A stretch of 64,000 bases of DNA, taken from Paraspadella gotoi. Its lineage: Eukaryota > Animalia > Chaetognatha. Location: assembly GCA_051294375.1 (NCBI GenBank), contig CM119263.1:21684494-21748493 (forward strand), read 5' to 3'. Every line of letters begins with the position of its first letter. Within the stretch, counting starts at the first letter, position 1. Both the position numbers and the translations under genes were made by a program. Under the pieces are notes generated by a model. That model ran no database searches and had not been told where the DNA came from. It saw only the letters and a program-made list of their open reading frames with translations. Below are positions 24,361 through 64,000 of the stretch, one piece after another.

Positions 24361-26030
24361 TCGTTCTCCACTCGATTCCCGCGGGGAGAAGCCCCGTCTC
24401 TGTTCCCTAATTCGCCGGGCGATATCAATTTTAAAGCGGTAGGGGAAAGGAAGGGGGGAGAAGAGGGGGGGGAAAGAAAATGGGTGGGCGTGTGACGCTG
24501 CTCCAGTTTGGCTTCGTGGAGGCGAGGAACGGAAAATGGCTGGGAAGGGCAGAGTTGGTGAGATGGAGATTGATGAGACGTTGTCGTTGTTGTCGTCGTT
24601 GTTGTTTGTTAAGGACACTTGACTCGAAGCACGTGTTCAATTGCAATACATTGATAAAAGTAGAAAGAACGAAAGTATAATTGACATGGAAACTCTCTTT
24701 CAAAATGGTAAAATATAGTATCTTGAGGGTCCATTGTTTTCAGCCTCCAATTTGGATGGATGATTAATGGAAACTTCGAGAAAGGAAACAAAACCGACGC
24801 AATCCTCGTTCGACCATCTTGTCATTCCTTGTTACAACCTCCTTCTGCACTTGTTATGCAACAGTATGATACCCTCTGCGTCGCTTGTACCGCCGCCGCC
24901 GACGCGGGCGCCGCCGCACCGGCATTGACGCCCCCGACGCCCACTATTAACCAGACGTTTGTTTACAAAGCAACATGAAAAAAAAATCCGTTGGACATTA
25001 AAGCCAATCCGCGTCGCCCGACGCGACCCAAGGTTGTTTGAATGGATTAACGTCGACGTCGAGGTTAAAAACGGTCGCCATTTTGAAAAAGACGAAGGGG
25101 ATTTCTCGGAAATGGAGTCCTGATGTAAATGATGAATTGATTGATGGTCGACATTAATGGAAAATCTAAATAATAGACTGGTCGTTTCATTTGTTAGTTT
25201 GTTTACTTTTTTAATTTTCGTTTATTGCTTTTTCCTCTTTAGCGTTAGTGTGTTATATAGTGTGTTATATGTTATTCATATTTTTATTATTATTATTATT
25301 TCCTTTTTTTCATCAACGGGAGACAAATTGTATTCCCGAGCTAAGATATGGTTGTAAATGTAATGGAATCGAAATCAAATCCTGTTTCTCGATCTGAGAT
25401 TCTCGCAAAGTTATTCTCGTCTTCCGCCTCTCCTCCATCTGTCAAAGGAGGAAAATGTTTTCTTTGTTCCCGCCGCTTCGCTGCGTCGCCGCGTCGGGCC
25501 GCGTCGCCGCGTGGAGATTATTTGTTTGTTGTATCGCCCTCGGCCTTTATTTTCTTTTGCTTCCTTCTCAAATTCCCGACTTTGTTTCTTTGTTTCGTCA
25601 CGATTTTCTATTTTCTTTAGTTTCTTTCTATGATTTTTTATTTTGATTTTTAGTTCGTAATTCAAAACTTTGCTTCGTATTATCTCACAAAATCATTGTC
25701 TGTGTCGTGAAGTATTAGTTGATTGTATAACTATATATGTATATGTATAACTATAAGTTTCGTCGGCACTGACACTTGTGTCTTTATGACAAAGAATTCG
25801 TTTTTTAACATTTAATTTTTTAGTTTGTCTTTCTAACTAGCGATTATTATCCCCATATAATCTTGATCCAAAATTGAGTTAAATAGTAAAATTTGTCGGC
25901 GTTGATGTCTTCGTCATCTTTGTCGTCACCTTCTTCGTCGTAATCGTCGTGTAACCAGCGCCGTCGCCAACAAACTACGAGATTCAATTGAAATTCGCTT
26001 CAAATTCCGTCTGTTTTGTGCGTCTCTGGA

Positions 26031-26075
<45 letters not shown>

Positions 26076-26359
26076 AACGACGACGACGACAAGAGGCGGA
26101 CGTCATTTTGGAGTCGGCGAAATTAAGATTTTACGAAATCAGTTTATCGCAGCACTTGAAGTGGAAGTGAGAAGAGACGTGAGCGCGAGGACGCAAAACA
26201 CCTTACTAATGACGGTGATATACTCACGTAAAATTGCTCTCTTGTTCAATCTTTTCCGCCATTTTTCACTATTTTCTTACCATTAACGAATCTTACTTGA
26301 TGAAACCGGAAAAGTCGACGTCAGAATTCTACAATTCCGAGCGATGATTTATGAGTGGG

Positions 26360-26487
<128 letters not shown>

Positions 26488-27048
26488 GACGTCACTTTTC
26501 AACTCCAAACGACGCGATTTTCGACGCGAAGCCGCCCTATTTAAGTTGAAATTTAAGAAAAAAAAAGTTAAAAACATAATTATCGTAATTTAGAACTAAA
26601 CTCAGATCTCTCAACTGAAGAAGATTAAAGGCCGCTCAATCCAGCGTCTCTCCCCCTTGGGCGCCAGCTGGGCGTGGCCGTTCTTCCAAACACCCCCAAA
26701 ATGGCGTCTTGAAGAGATTTCACCTCCGTCTCTTACTTGAGGTCAATGTCAAGACTCAAGCGGGTCGACTGTGGGAAATATAGTCGTCGTCTTTTTCGAC
26801 AGATGTTGTCACTTCCGTCTTACAATGTTCCATCAACAGAAAATAATGTTGCAATATTTTCCAGAACTGCCTCATTTCAATTCAAATTAAAAATTAAATT
26901 TTTTTTCAGTTTTAAAATTTATAAATAATTTAAAATAATATAAGAATATGGATTAGATGAAAGATTAGGGTTACGGATTAAGGTTTAGGATTTAGGATTT
27001 AGGATTAAAATTAACAGAAATGGGGAGCCTTCGGAAAACTGTGCTGTT

Positions 27049-27240
27049 GTGGCAGCAGGCTAAATCATCTCGTGACAAACGTGCGTCCCGGGTTCAGTCC
27101 TTGGTTATCCCGATTCTGGCTTAAATGTGACGGAGCCGCTCTAAACATGTCAGTGACAGGAGGCGGTCACTGAGAGTCCGCAGCCCCTACGCCAGTTGGT
27201 GAGATACCCCGCGCCTAGGGTATCACAGGCATTCCTCTCG
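27049..27240 (+). mobile_element. tRNA-derived SINE-like element related to 1256-1700
   Basis: A-box-like tggcagcagg (27050) and B-box-like ggttcagtcc (27091-27100), followed by a body sharing motifs with the 1.5-kb element. Confidence 0.6.
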
Positions 27241-28944
27241 TTGCCATACTGAAAATTTAGGAGTCAGAAAATCGGAAACTGACAAGGACTTGTCGTTCGC
27301 GATGAATTGACGCTTTCGTAGACGGCACTCGTTAAATTATTAATCCGAATCCAAGGGATAAACATCTGGCGGGAAAGATAGACCTCAACGATGTTAATCG
27401 TCGGAAAATCCCAACGTGACATATGTCAATTTGGGAAATGATCATCGTTTTAGAAGGAACTCGTTGTAAGACTGGCATATGGCAATACGCAAAGGAAATC
27501 TTCGCGGATGGTAATCGCAGGATATAGAAATCGTCACAGATGGCAATCGTCGGAAATGGCGATAAAGCTTTTTGAGGCGACGGCGATCGCCAGTGATGGA
27601 AACGATTCGCGCCGAGAGAAGAAACGGCTGCGCCACATCGACTGGCTGCGGTGGCGGCTGCGGCGGCGGCGGCGGCTCCCGCTACTAAAACGAGTTTATA
27701 GCTCGTAAAATATACGGTTGAATCGGAGAATATACGGCGTGCAGTACATTCGTAACCACTAACCAATGGACTCTTCGCTCAAAGAGTTTTTTATTGTGTT
27801 GATTACTTACAACGACGGCGACGGTGATAACGAAAACGACGACAACCAACGAATAACAACAATCTGTAAACTAATCAGATATTCATTGAGTTTGTTTTAT
27901 TTTGTTTTGTTATAATTTTTTTTTCTGATTTTCTTTGCGTTTCCCCTCTCGTCGTAATTTCTTTCACGGGATTTGTTTTTTACTCATATCTTTTGATAAA
28001 CAACATTTTTATTCTTTTTTTTTCCTCATCGGTGATTTCCCTTTTGTTTTGTTATTACTCTAAGGGCGATTCTCGTCGCTGGGCAACGACCGTTCGAAAG
28101 CGAGATCAAAGCAAACGCTCTTTAAACCATTCATCAGCCATCAGAGATTAGTAATGAACCGTTCTAAAATCCATATTCCATAGTATTTACTATCCAAAGT
28201 ATGAAAAATGAAACACTATACTTTTTTTTTAATTTAATCTAGTCAAATCTTATAGAAGAAAATTATTATCGTAACTAGAAAGAAAAAAGTAATAAATGAA
28301 TATGAACATTGAGTATCTATCTGGCTAATATCATTATTAAGACGTCACAGCATGGAGAAAATTATCATGCTCGATACAGTACTTGCGACATAAATAATAA
28401 TTTGTTATTCCAAGAGGTCAGCTATATTTTCTCTCCTCCTCCCCCCCCCCCGACGGGGGGCACCCTGTTTGTATCCACCTGTTTTTTCCCCGAGTTGTTT
28501 CTGTTTTTCTCTCGCGTTTATTTTCGTTTATTTCCCAAGAGGAAACGCTAACTCACTCGAGGTCTCGCGCGGAACCGCGACAGAGATCGCCACCTTTTAA
28601 GCGACCATCTGGCGGCCGAAAACGGAGGTCGATACGACTCCGGTTCGGAAAAAGAAGAAAAGAAAAAATAACTAAACAAAACTAATAGCAAAAGTGAACC
28701 TTTCTCAATTTTCCTCTGCCGAGAATGTTAAAGAGGAAGCATGATCTATGTGCAAACATTGAAGTTATCAATTTGAGTCAATCTTCTAAGCTGTTAACTT
28801 GTTATTAATTAATTATACTTTTCCTTTAATTTTTTGGTGCATACAACCATACTGCTACGGTTAGCCTGTTAAATCTTTTATATATATTCACCAGCATAAT
28901 ACCCTTATTACATACCATTAAACCAAATCACTTCTCTCATCAAG

Positions 28945-56423
<27,479 letters not shown>

Positions 56424-56440
56424 CAGAGAAACAAACGGGC

Positions 56441-56473
<33 letters not shown>

Positions 56474-56786
56474 TAGAGATAAAGAGAGAGAGAGAAAATT
56501 ACTTATTTCTGATTACTGATTACTGATTTCTGTACGGATGACAAGGCGATCAATACCGGTTTGATGCTTAAATAAAAAGTAAACATTAAACTTTAAAGTG
56601 AACTTAAAAATAACCACGTGAGTGCTACACCGCTTATATTCCATTTACTTTTGCATCTTGTTAAGTAGTAAGTTTTTCACTTCCTTGAATGACACGTTAT
56701 TTACATATAAAATGGTTTATTTACTCAAAATCGAGTTATACGAATTCGTTAAAAATATATTTCCACTATGCTTTAGACAGTTTTCG

Positions 56787-56885
56787 TTTTTAGTCGGATC
56801 TGCTTATAAGCAGATCCCGACTCTATAATTCACTTTGTCGGTCCGTCGGTCCGCCCCCTCAATCTTGTCAGGCATTGACATATAT
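56787..56885 (+). mobile_element. 5' fragment of HINE family 1
   Basis: gtcggatctgcttataagcagatcccgactctataattcactttgtcggtccgtcggtc is nearly identical to 49976-50035; no 3' end seen. Confidence 0.85.
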
Positions 56886-56986
56886 CAATGTCATATATGT
56901 ATAACTGAGCAGGCCATCCAAAGCGGCCAAGACGTAACCAAAGAAGGGTACGCCGAGGGTCTCGTTAAAAAGGAACGGCGGGTGCG

Positions 56987-57370
56987 TCACAAGCAACAGT
57001 CCGATGATAGCCGATGTATCAGCAGCGTCAGAGCAGGAACGAGAAGAAATCCTGAGCCCGCAAAAGCCGTCAGGACGCCGAGCGGGACGAAGACGGCGGC
57101 GGCGCGCCACACGATGCGATTAGCGTTGAGAAGAAAACCGAAAACAACTAACGCCACCCAGCGGCGCGGAGTTTTCACCGTCCAGTTTTTCCAGGCGATG
57201 GGAACCAGGGGGAGAGTCATTAATAGTTCGCCAAGGAACATGAAGATGAAGGAGGCTGGGATGGAAAGACCTTCGGAGGCGCGGAATATCGTGTTGCACA
57301 TGATGGTCATCAGCATGGCGAAGGAGTTGAAGAGAACACCCCAGAAGAAGCCTGAGATCTCTGTCGACAT
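56987..57370 (-). CDS. EamA/SLC35G-like drug/metabolite transporter, single-repeat fragment
   Basis: 127-aa ORF with four hydrophobic segments and AAAVFVPLGVLTAF...LVPALTLL, resembling the EamA 'A...+PLG.A..+....P++..+L' motif. Far shorter than a 10-TM SLC35G. Confidence 0.55.
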   Translation of the reverse strand: MSTEISGFFWGVLFNSFAMLMTIMCNTIFRASEGLSIPASFIFMFLGELLMTLPLVPIAWKNWTVKTPRRWVALVVFGFLLNANRIVWRAAAVFVPLGVLTAFAGSGFLLVPALTLLIHRLSSDCCL

Positions 57371-58338
57371 TTTTGGTTTGATGCGGTAGCCTTCTCTCCT
57401 TATTTAATCCAAACGCTCCTTTTCATCATAAATTCGGAATTAAATTAGCTTTTAACTTTAAACATGCAGTTGGTGATAATGTTAGGGATTAAGTTATGAA
57501 TTAGGCTTAAGGATTAAGTTAACAATTAAAGATTAGGGATTAAAAATTATATATTAAGATTGAATTTAAGTTGAAAGAATAAAGAACAAAAATGCTCCAT
57601 TTGGAAAAAGAAAGTCCAATTATCCATTATGTATTTCATTTTTAAGCTATCAAAGAAAATGTGAACAATGTGCATTGTGCAAAGTACAAAAAGTGTAATT
57701 AATCTGGGTGATATACACTGTGTACTGCGGCCGTCCAAGGTCGCATCCTATCACAAGAGACTCCGTCGTGCTTGAGTCTAGAGCCCAGGAAACTGATGAC
57801 GTAATCTGCTAAAGCTATCGCATCCGGGAATCAGAATGGCCTCGTGAAAAAAGGTCGCAGGGTTGAGGCAAAAGGAACAGAGAGGATGAGGCGTTCCTTC
57901 TTCCCCCTTTTCTTTCTCAAAAATCGGGAGGTCGTAAACCCTGTCCGAGACCTCGCCAGTTGGGTCAGGCGAAATGGGCACAAAGAGCAAAAGAAAGTTT
58001 TTCTTTCTGACCCCTTTTGGCGCCTCGCCCATAAACTCCCCCCCCCCTCGAAAATCATCTCTTTCTCATGCGGAGAGGATTTAACGTTGAAGGGGAAAAT
58101 TAGGGAAAATTACCGAAGGACGTGAAATGTTTCGTCGATCGTCTTTGTAAAATCGGGGCGATCGCCGCTGGAATTCGGGGAATCGTAATTCTTGTCGTCG
58201 ACTACGAAGAATGTTTCCCCCGTGACGATTTCACGAGCACGCTTTGTGTACTTAAACGTTGATGTGTGAGTGGTGGGTCTCGTTCTCGCCGTCTCCTCCA
58301 TCTCATTCATTTCACTTTGTCGACCGTCGTTGTGTGTG

Positions 58339-58419
<81 letters not shown>

Positions 58420-58717
58420 AAAAAAAATAAGACGAGAGAATCCATTTATTATCTCGAGTCTCGACTGAATTAATGACGAATATTCGTGAGACGAGGAGAC
58501 GAATGTCGTGGAGAAAATGGACGGGAAACTGGAGTTGGGGAGGTCGAGTAGATAATGGGTTGGGGTAGCATGACAGAACTCATGGGGATAATGAAAACGT
58601 GTAATGAATTACATAAGGATATTATTAAAACACAAGCAATGTACACAATATATTATACAGGGAATACAGTGAATCAAAACTTAGAAAATCGGATTTTAAA
58701 TCCGTACCACTTCATCT

Positions 58718-58998
58718 TTTTAGTTGCGCCGCGAGTACTCGCGGAGCAACTCTATAAGTCACTTTTCGTTCGGTCGGTCCGTCGGTTGGTATATTTATCC
58801 GTTGATCTGTCCCACTTACGTTAAAAACGCTTATAACTTGCATATAATTTTTTGTTCATTTATTCAAAATCAAATCCTAGCGACTACTGGCGCCGCCTTT
58901 TGTTTTTAAAGAAATCTTATAATATAAAGAATAAATGATATGATAAATAAAAAGAAAAGTAATGCGGCGCAACACCTTGGAATAACCGTTCCTTGTTT
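58718..58998 (+). mobile_element. HINE/Helentron family 2 element
   Basis: Subterminal IR gttgcgccgc (58723) / gcggcgcaac (58964), 5' palindrome ccgcgagtactcgcgg, gtcggtccgtcgg repeat, 3' stem-loop ggaa...ttcc, T-rich flanks. Confidence 0.8.
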
Positions 58999-59002
58999 TT
59001 AT

Positions 59003-59380
59003 TTTGTGACGCATCGGGTGCATTTAAAGAAAATTTAATTTTAAGATACTTAACCAGACCTTGTTCTAACTATTAATACAATGCGACAAGCACTGCTGTA
59101 TAAACCACTCCTGCCACAGCACCTAAAAGAATCACAGCTGCTCTTCATAAACGCTTCTGAAAGATTGAGCCACAGCTCGTAGATGGTTTACCCTATGCCA
59201 TTGATATTTTGGTTGAAAGTAATATGGGTCCCCCCCTTTAAAACGCCCTACTTCGCACAGGAATTAGATGTGAATATTATCAAGCTCGAAAATTATTCAG
59301 TCAAAAATTAAAATGTTGCTGCAGTTGAAATCTGTATTTTTTTCAGCTGTATACAACAATGCCCTTTGTTACAGCCATGC
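59003..59380 (+). repeat. Dispersed repeat, relative of 42320-42660
   Basis: Shares the same blocks as the copy at 42320-42660. Confidence 0.85.
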
Positions 59381-59692
59381 ATAATAACCCCAAGAGTATT
59401 GGCTCTTTATACATGTCAAGAAATGGAATCACAAAACAATATAGTAACTGCAGCAATAGTTTTTGGCCCAGTAGCAAATATATAAGGAAGTATTTATCTT
59501 TCATCTGATGCTGCAGTAGATTGCATTAAGCTATTTACTTGATATCTTATACAAAGAATCCCAACGACATCAGTTATTGATTTCATAAGCTCACAGAGAT
59601 GGCACTCAAGCAGAGTGGCCACTACAGTGTGAACTTAAGAAATAAAGACATTTTTACAGCATCTTAAAGTTGCTTTTATTAATTGAGGTTAA

Positions 59693-62080
59693 AATTATCG
59701 GTTCCAAATGGAACCGGATTCTTCATGGTTCTTCCCCACCAACAAGTGAGCATCTGCTCTGCAAACGCGACATCTCCGAGAGAAAAACGAAAAGAGGAAA
59801 CCTCCCTTCCCCGCCTCTCTTCCCCTCCCGTACGCTACCTCAGTACGCCGACACGAGACAGAATCACTCGTAACCAAGCAAACCAAGAGGGGGAATCCCG
59901 CGAAAACTTCCGGTGACGTGCCACGCCCACTTGACCGGACGTCGTAGAAGGGGATGAGAAACCGCAAAAAGAACCAGTCCATGGACGAAAACCGGGTCTG
60001 GAGAAACTGACGGCCGGACGAAGCAACCCGAAAGAGCTGTCGGGCGATCAGATGGCGTCCTTGACGTCCCTGGAGTCCCGCCCCTACGCTTGGGAGGCGG
60101 CGAAAACTTGCAAGGTCAGTAGGGACGCGCGAGCGGAGGTACGCGGACTGCCACGCCCATGCTTGCGGCTAACAGAACTGGCGCAATAGTGAGGCGCCCC
60201 GGAGCGGAAAAGGAAAAATGGAACGCTTAAGTGACGTCTGTGAGCGGTCTCCGAAAAAGAACGACGTGGAGGGCGGAAACTGGACAGAACTGTCTTGAGA
60301 TCCGAAGGGCAGCGTCGACAACTAAGCGCCGAGACTCGGAGAGGGCCAAAAATCGCCGCCAAACCCGACGAGGCGTCTCTAAGGGCTTGGCAAATCGTCA
60401 AGGTGGCGCCGTCCACTGCACCGGCCCCTCCGAGCGAAGGGCCTCAACCATGAGGCGGAGAGCGTCACAGCGACAGAAAGGACCGCATGAGCGGACGCTC
60501 CGCGGTCCCTCATGATGCGCTCAAAAGCCTTGAAAGGCGCGCGTCTTTGGAGTCCTTCCGAACGGCGTCGAACTGACGGCAAGGCAACTCTCTTGAGCAG
60601 GAGGACGAAATCCGCCGGCGAAGAGACATCCGACCAGCGCCGGAAACGCGTATAGGCGGAAAGAACGTCCCACGACGTAAAAACGTCGTCCTGGCCAACT
60701 CTGCGCAAAACCCTCCACTGCTGTAGGACCCACTCCGAAGGCTGAACAGAAGCACGATGAGACAAGAAGTTGTCCAACCCCGCAGCAGAAACGGAGGCGT
60801 CGTCGTCGACTTGCGCAGATGGGGCTCGACGAGGAAGGCGTGACGCAGTCACCCCTCGGAGCGTGAAGGCCGCCGCCGCCGAAGAGGCCGCCAAAGAACG
60901 CGAAGACTCCAAGTCGCTGGCGTACAACGAAGACCGACGAAGAACGGCGAAATGGCGAACAAGAGCGTCCAAGAACCATGAAGAAAACGTACATGGAAAA
61001 AAAGAGAAATCATTGAAAAATGACAGTCTCAAAAAAGAACCCCAAAAACACCCACCAAACAAGACAAGCGAGCCTGAGCCGCCCTCCACCACCGGTGGTG
61101 CCAGGGGTGGACGGTGGGTGGTTGTTGGTGGGGAAGAACCATGAAGAATCCCGTTCCATTTGGAACCATAAATTCTATCATGTAGTTCTTCCCCACCAAC
61201 AAGTGAGCCTGTAACAAGACCAGGCGAAAGCCCGACAAAAACAAACAAACAAAGTCGAGTTAGGTGGGGCACAGGAGGAAAACCCTCTGTACGCCGAAAT
61301 GTACGCCAAAAAAAGGCGAAAAAAACAAAAACGAAAAGAAAGAAGAACTCACCGCCGAAGACTCTCCAATTCACGAGACGACGGCGAAACTCCCTAAATT
61401 CGCGACGAAACCTAAAAGACTGCTATATGGAGAATCTTCCATCTGAAGGGGCATGACTTCGGCCTGACCAAAAAAGCCCGGAATGGCTTGGTGGAGGCGG
61501 TGGAGGCGGCGGCGAAGGGCGCGCGAAGAGACATGAGGGTAGTCGAGTTGAAAACCGCGCCTCAGTCCAAAAAACGGAGAGCACTGGACAAACAAGGGGG
61601 CCGAAACAAGGTTCTTCCCCCTGCAGCCGTACTAAGCCGGGCAAACGAGAGCCGAGTCGCGGCTCTTCCCTCCGCAGCCGCGCAGGGTGCGTCGAGGGCA
61701 AGCGAAAGGGCCGAGTCAAGGCTCTTCCCTCCGAAGCCACGCACAACGAAGACGAAAAAAGATGGCGGCCGTAAAGAGAAACTTCAAAGCCACGTGTCGA
61801 AGAATATCTGTATTCTGAACTCCAAAAAAGAAGGAACGAAAAATATGCAAAATTATTCAAAAAATAATCAAAAAATATTTTCGTAAAAAGCCGGGAGACT
61901 GTGAGCGCAAAAGCGCGAACAGAAGAAGTGATTCTGTCTCGTGTCGGCGTACTGAGGTAGCGTACGGGAGGGGAAGAGAAGGCGGGGAAGAGGAGGTTTC
62001 CTCTTTCGTTTTCTCTCGGGAGATGTCGCGTTGCAGAGCAGATGCTCACTTGTTGGTGGGGAAGAACTACATGATAGAAT
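59693..62080 (-). mobile_element. Non-autonomous DIRS1-type (tyrosine-recombinase class) retroelement
   Basis: About 140-bp ITRs (59728-59868 and 61927-62067) with non-matching outer extensions. The internal region 61122-61208 reproduces both outer ends joined at ATT (the ICR, i.e. the circle junction). Both termini carry AAT/ATT and there is no longer TSD. No RT, RNase H or recombinase motifs recognised. Confidence 0.88.
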
Positions 62081-63468
62081 AGGTCTTGTCAAACTGCGGC
62101 AGTTTAATGGCCATAGCATGGTAAAGCTAAGATGCCCTAGTAAATATAAATAAATGGAGTTCTTCATTTTCTTTCTTTAAAATTTAACTATTAGCATAGA
62201 AATGAGCTAGTAGCGTGCATATTATTGGTTTTGGGTATGCTACAATCACTACCTGCAGCATCCTTATGAATGGTCCTAATCGACTCGGGCTTGAGCGTAC
62301 GGTTTCCTGACTTAGAATAGTAGTTATTCTTATTCTTAATAGCCTTCTTAATAATATAACATACTGCGAGGGAACCTTAACAGATTTAAAAATGGTTTTA
62401 AGCTCTAAACCGGCGCAGAGCAAATTCAACTAATGTTGCATTCTTTTTAGTAGCACAGCGTATTGTAAAAGCATGAGGAAAATAAAACCTATATCAGAAA
62501 GAGATTACATCAGTTATTAATTTAGTGTATGATAAAAAGACATTCAATAACTTAAGTTTCTATTTTTTTATATATTTTCATATAGGGTCTAAGACAGATG
62601 TCAGGGAAAAAAACCTTCCCTAAACACTATGAAAATCGCGCCTTTTCGGCCGCAAACATTAAACCGCGCAAACAAGAGGTCAAACCTCGGTCGTTTCCGG
62701 GGTTTCCCGCTTTTCCCTCTCCCCTTATCCTCTCTCAACTCCCACCATTTCTTTCTCACATTATCACTTATCATTCGTTCATCACTCGTCATTCTACTTG
62801 GCTGGATCATCATTTTCCTTTTCTCATTCACATGCATACATTACTTCTCTCTCACTCCCGTCCCTTCTCTGTTCAACCCCATCCCCCTCATTCTTTTTCT
62901 TTTTTCTTTTTCTCATCGCTGCTGGTTTGGTGAGCAAATAAAACAAACGGAAATCCACGAAACCGAAAACGAGCGATGCGAATGTGTGTGTGGGTTTGGA
63001 TGTGTGGGAGAGGGAAAGAGCTTTTAACGAGAGGCTCAGAAAAACGTTGTATTGTATTAATAATTATAATTAGTATAACAACTTAAAAGGCTCGATACAG
63101 TAGTAAGATAAGGCTGATAAGACGAATATTAAATCAGAAGGTAAAACAAAAAATGAGCGCGAATTATCGGGCGGATGGTGTGTGTGAGAGCAAATCGTAG
63201 CGATGATGTGAAAGCGAGTGAATTGTTTTGGCGAGCGAGTTTCGGTCTGATGAAGACGTGATTCGCCAACAAAACGAGCATCGACAGACGAGGAAGATAT
63301 TTTTTTCCTTCGATGTGATTTTCCCTCGAGGAATAAAAAAATAACGAAAACCGATATACGTACACGAAAAAAAACAAAACAAACAAAGTCAAATAGAAAC
63401 TGATTTTAAATAAAATCCATTAAGAGACATCGAGTTGATGCGAAACGGCATTGTGCTTCTTTAACGCA

Positions 63469-63662
63469 ATGGCCAGAGAAGGGGCGGTGCTCGTCGGACC
63501 TGATCCGGCCGAATTCCGGCGTCTCAACCTTCGCGTCTTTCAGACTGAGTACAGCAAAAAGTTTTACGACGATTTCCTGGCGTCCGGGGAATTTTCTCGA
63601 CTGGCGCTCGTCGAGGGAGAAGCGGTGGGCGGAGTCGGGGTGAGGATACAGGAGAATCTCAG
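63469..63662 (+). CDS. NAA50: First exon of a divergent NAA50-like GNAT N-acetyltransferase
   Basis: EFRRLNLRVFQTEYSKKFYDDFLASGEFSRLALVEGEAVGGVGVR aligns by eye to recalled NAA50 QLKRLNQVIFPVSYNDKFYKDVLEVGELAKLAYFNDIAVGAVCCR; AG|gtgagg donor. Confidence 0.75.
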
Positions 63663-64000
63663 GTGAGGCAGAATTCAGTGGAGGGGAAAGGGGGGGTGAT
63701 TTCTAAGGGGCCATTAGAGACCACATTCTCTCCCGAGGGAAAGAGAAACCCTTTTTCTAGAAACCATGCTCGATCGTAAAAGTTATTAGGGAAGAGGAAA
63801 ATGCATAAAAAATTGATGAGAGACGGGATTTAATAATAAGAGAAAAGATGCGAAAAAATTGGGTGAAAATACTACGATTGACAACGCCCTTCTTGCTTCA
63901 TGTCCCAAATTCCTGACCACCTCGATCCCTTGACAACGAAAATTCGCGAGGATCTATCGGAGCGAAAAGAATTTCCATATGAACCGAAGTTGATAGAACC

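Noticed and set aside
26960-27010. TTAGGG-like runs (also at about 29840 and 57480-57545)
   Set aside because: Short and degenerate; not a telomere or a convincing interstitial telomeric array.

Overview
Animal (non-vertebrate-looking) nuclear DNA: AT-rich, GT-AG introns, very many (GA/CT)n microsatellites, and an indel-rich, apparently poorly polished long-read assembly with three gaps of exactly 25 N. Each gap sits next to a duplication: two direct and one inverted. Genes read by joining frames and exons by eye: (1) a trunk/PTTH/noggin-like cystine-knot ligand (about 3.3-5.1 kb, +, frameshifted) with a very long N-terminal region; (2) an unknown low-complexity protein present twice (11.8 kb garbled, 17.4 kb clean); (3) an ANKRD53-like gene with at least 10 exons (28945-56423, +); (4) a divergent three-exon aspartate aminotransferase-family gene nested on the same strand inside an ANKRD53-like intron; (5) an EamA/SLC35G-like transporter fragment (-); (6) the first exon of a divergent NAA50-like acetyltransferase. 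Mobile elements: an internally deleted Tc1 element, a mariner-type MITE, a hAT-type MITE seen as both filled and empty site, tRNA-derived SINEs, two Helentron/HINE (DINE-1-like) families, and a non-autonomous DIRS1-type element with intact inverted termini and an internal complementary region (ICR) in an unusual central position. All family assignments rest on recalled motifs; no database search or alignment was run. I found no convincing wholly new system. The best leads are the nested divergent aminotransferase, the extended trunk-like precursor and the rearranged mini-DIRS.
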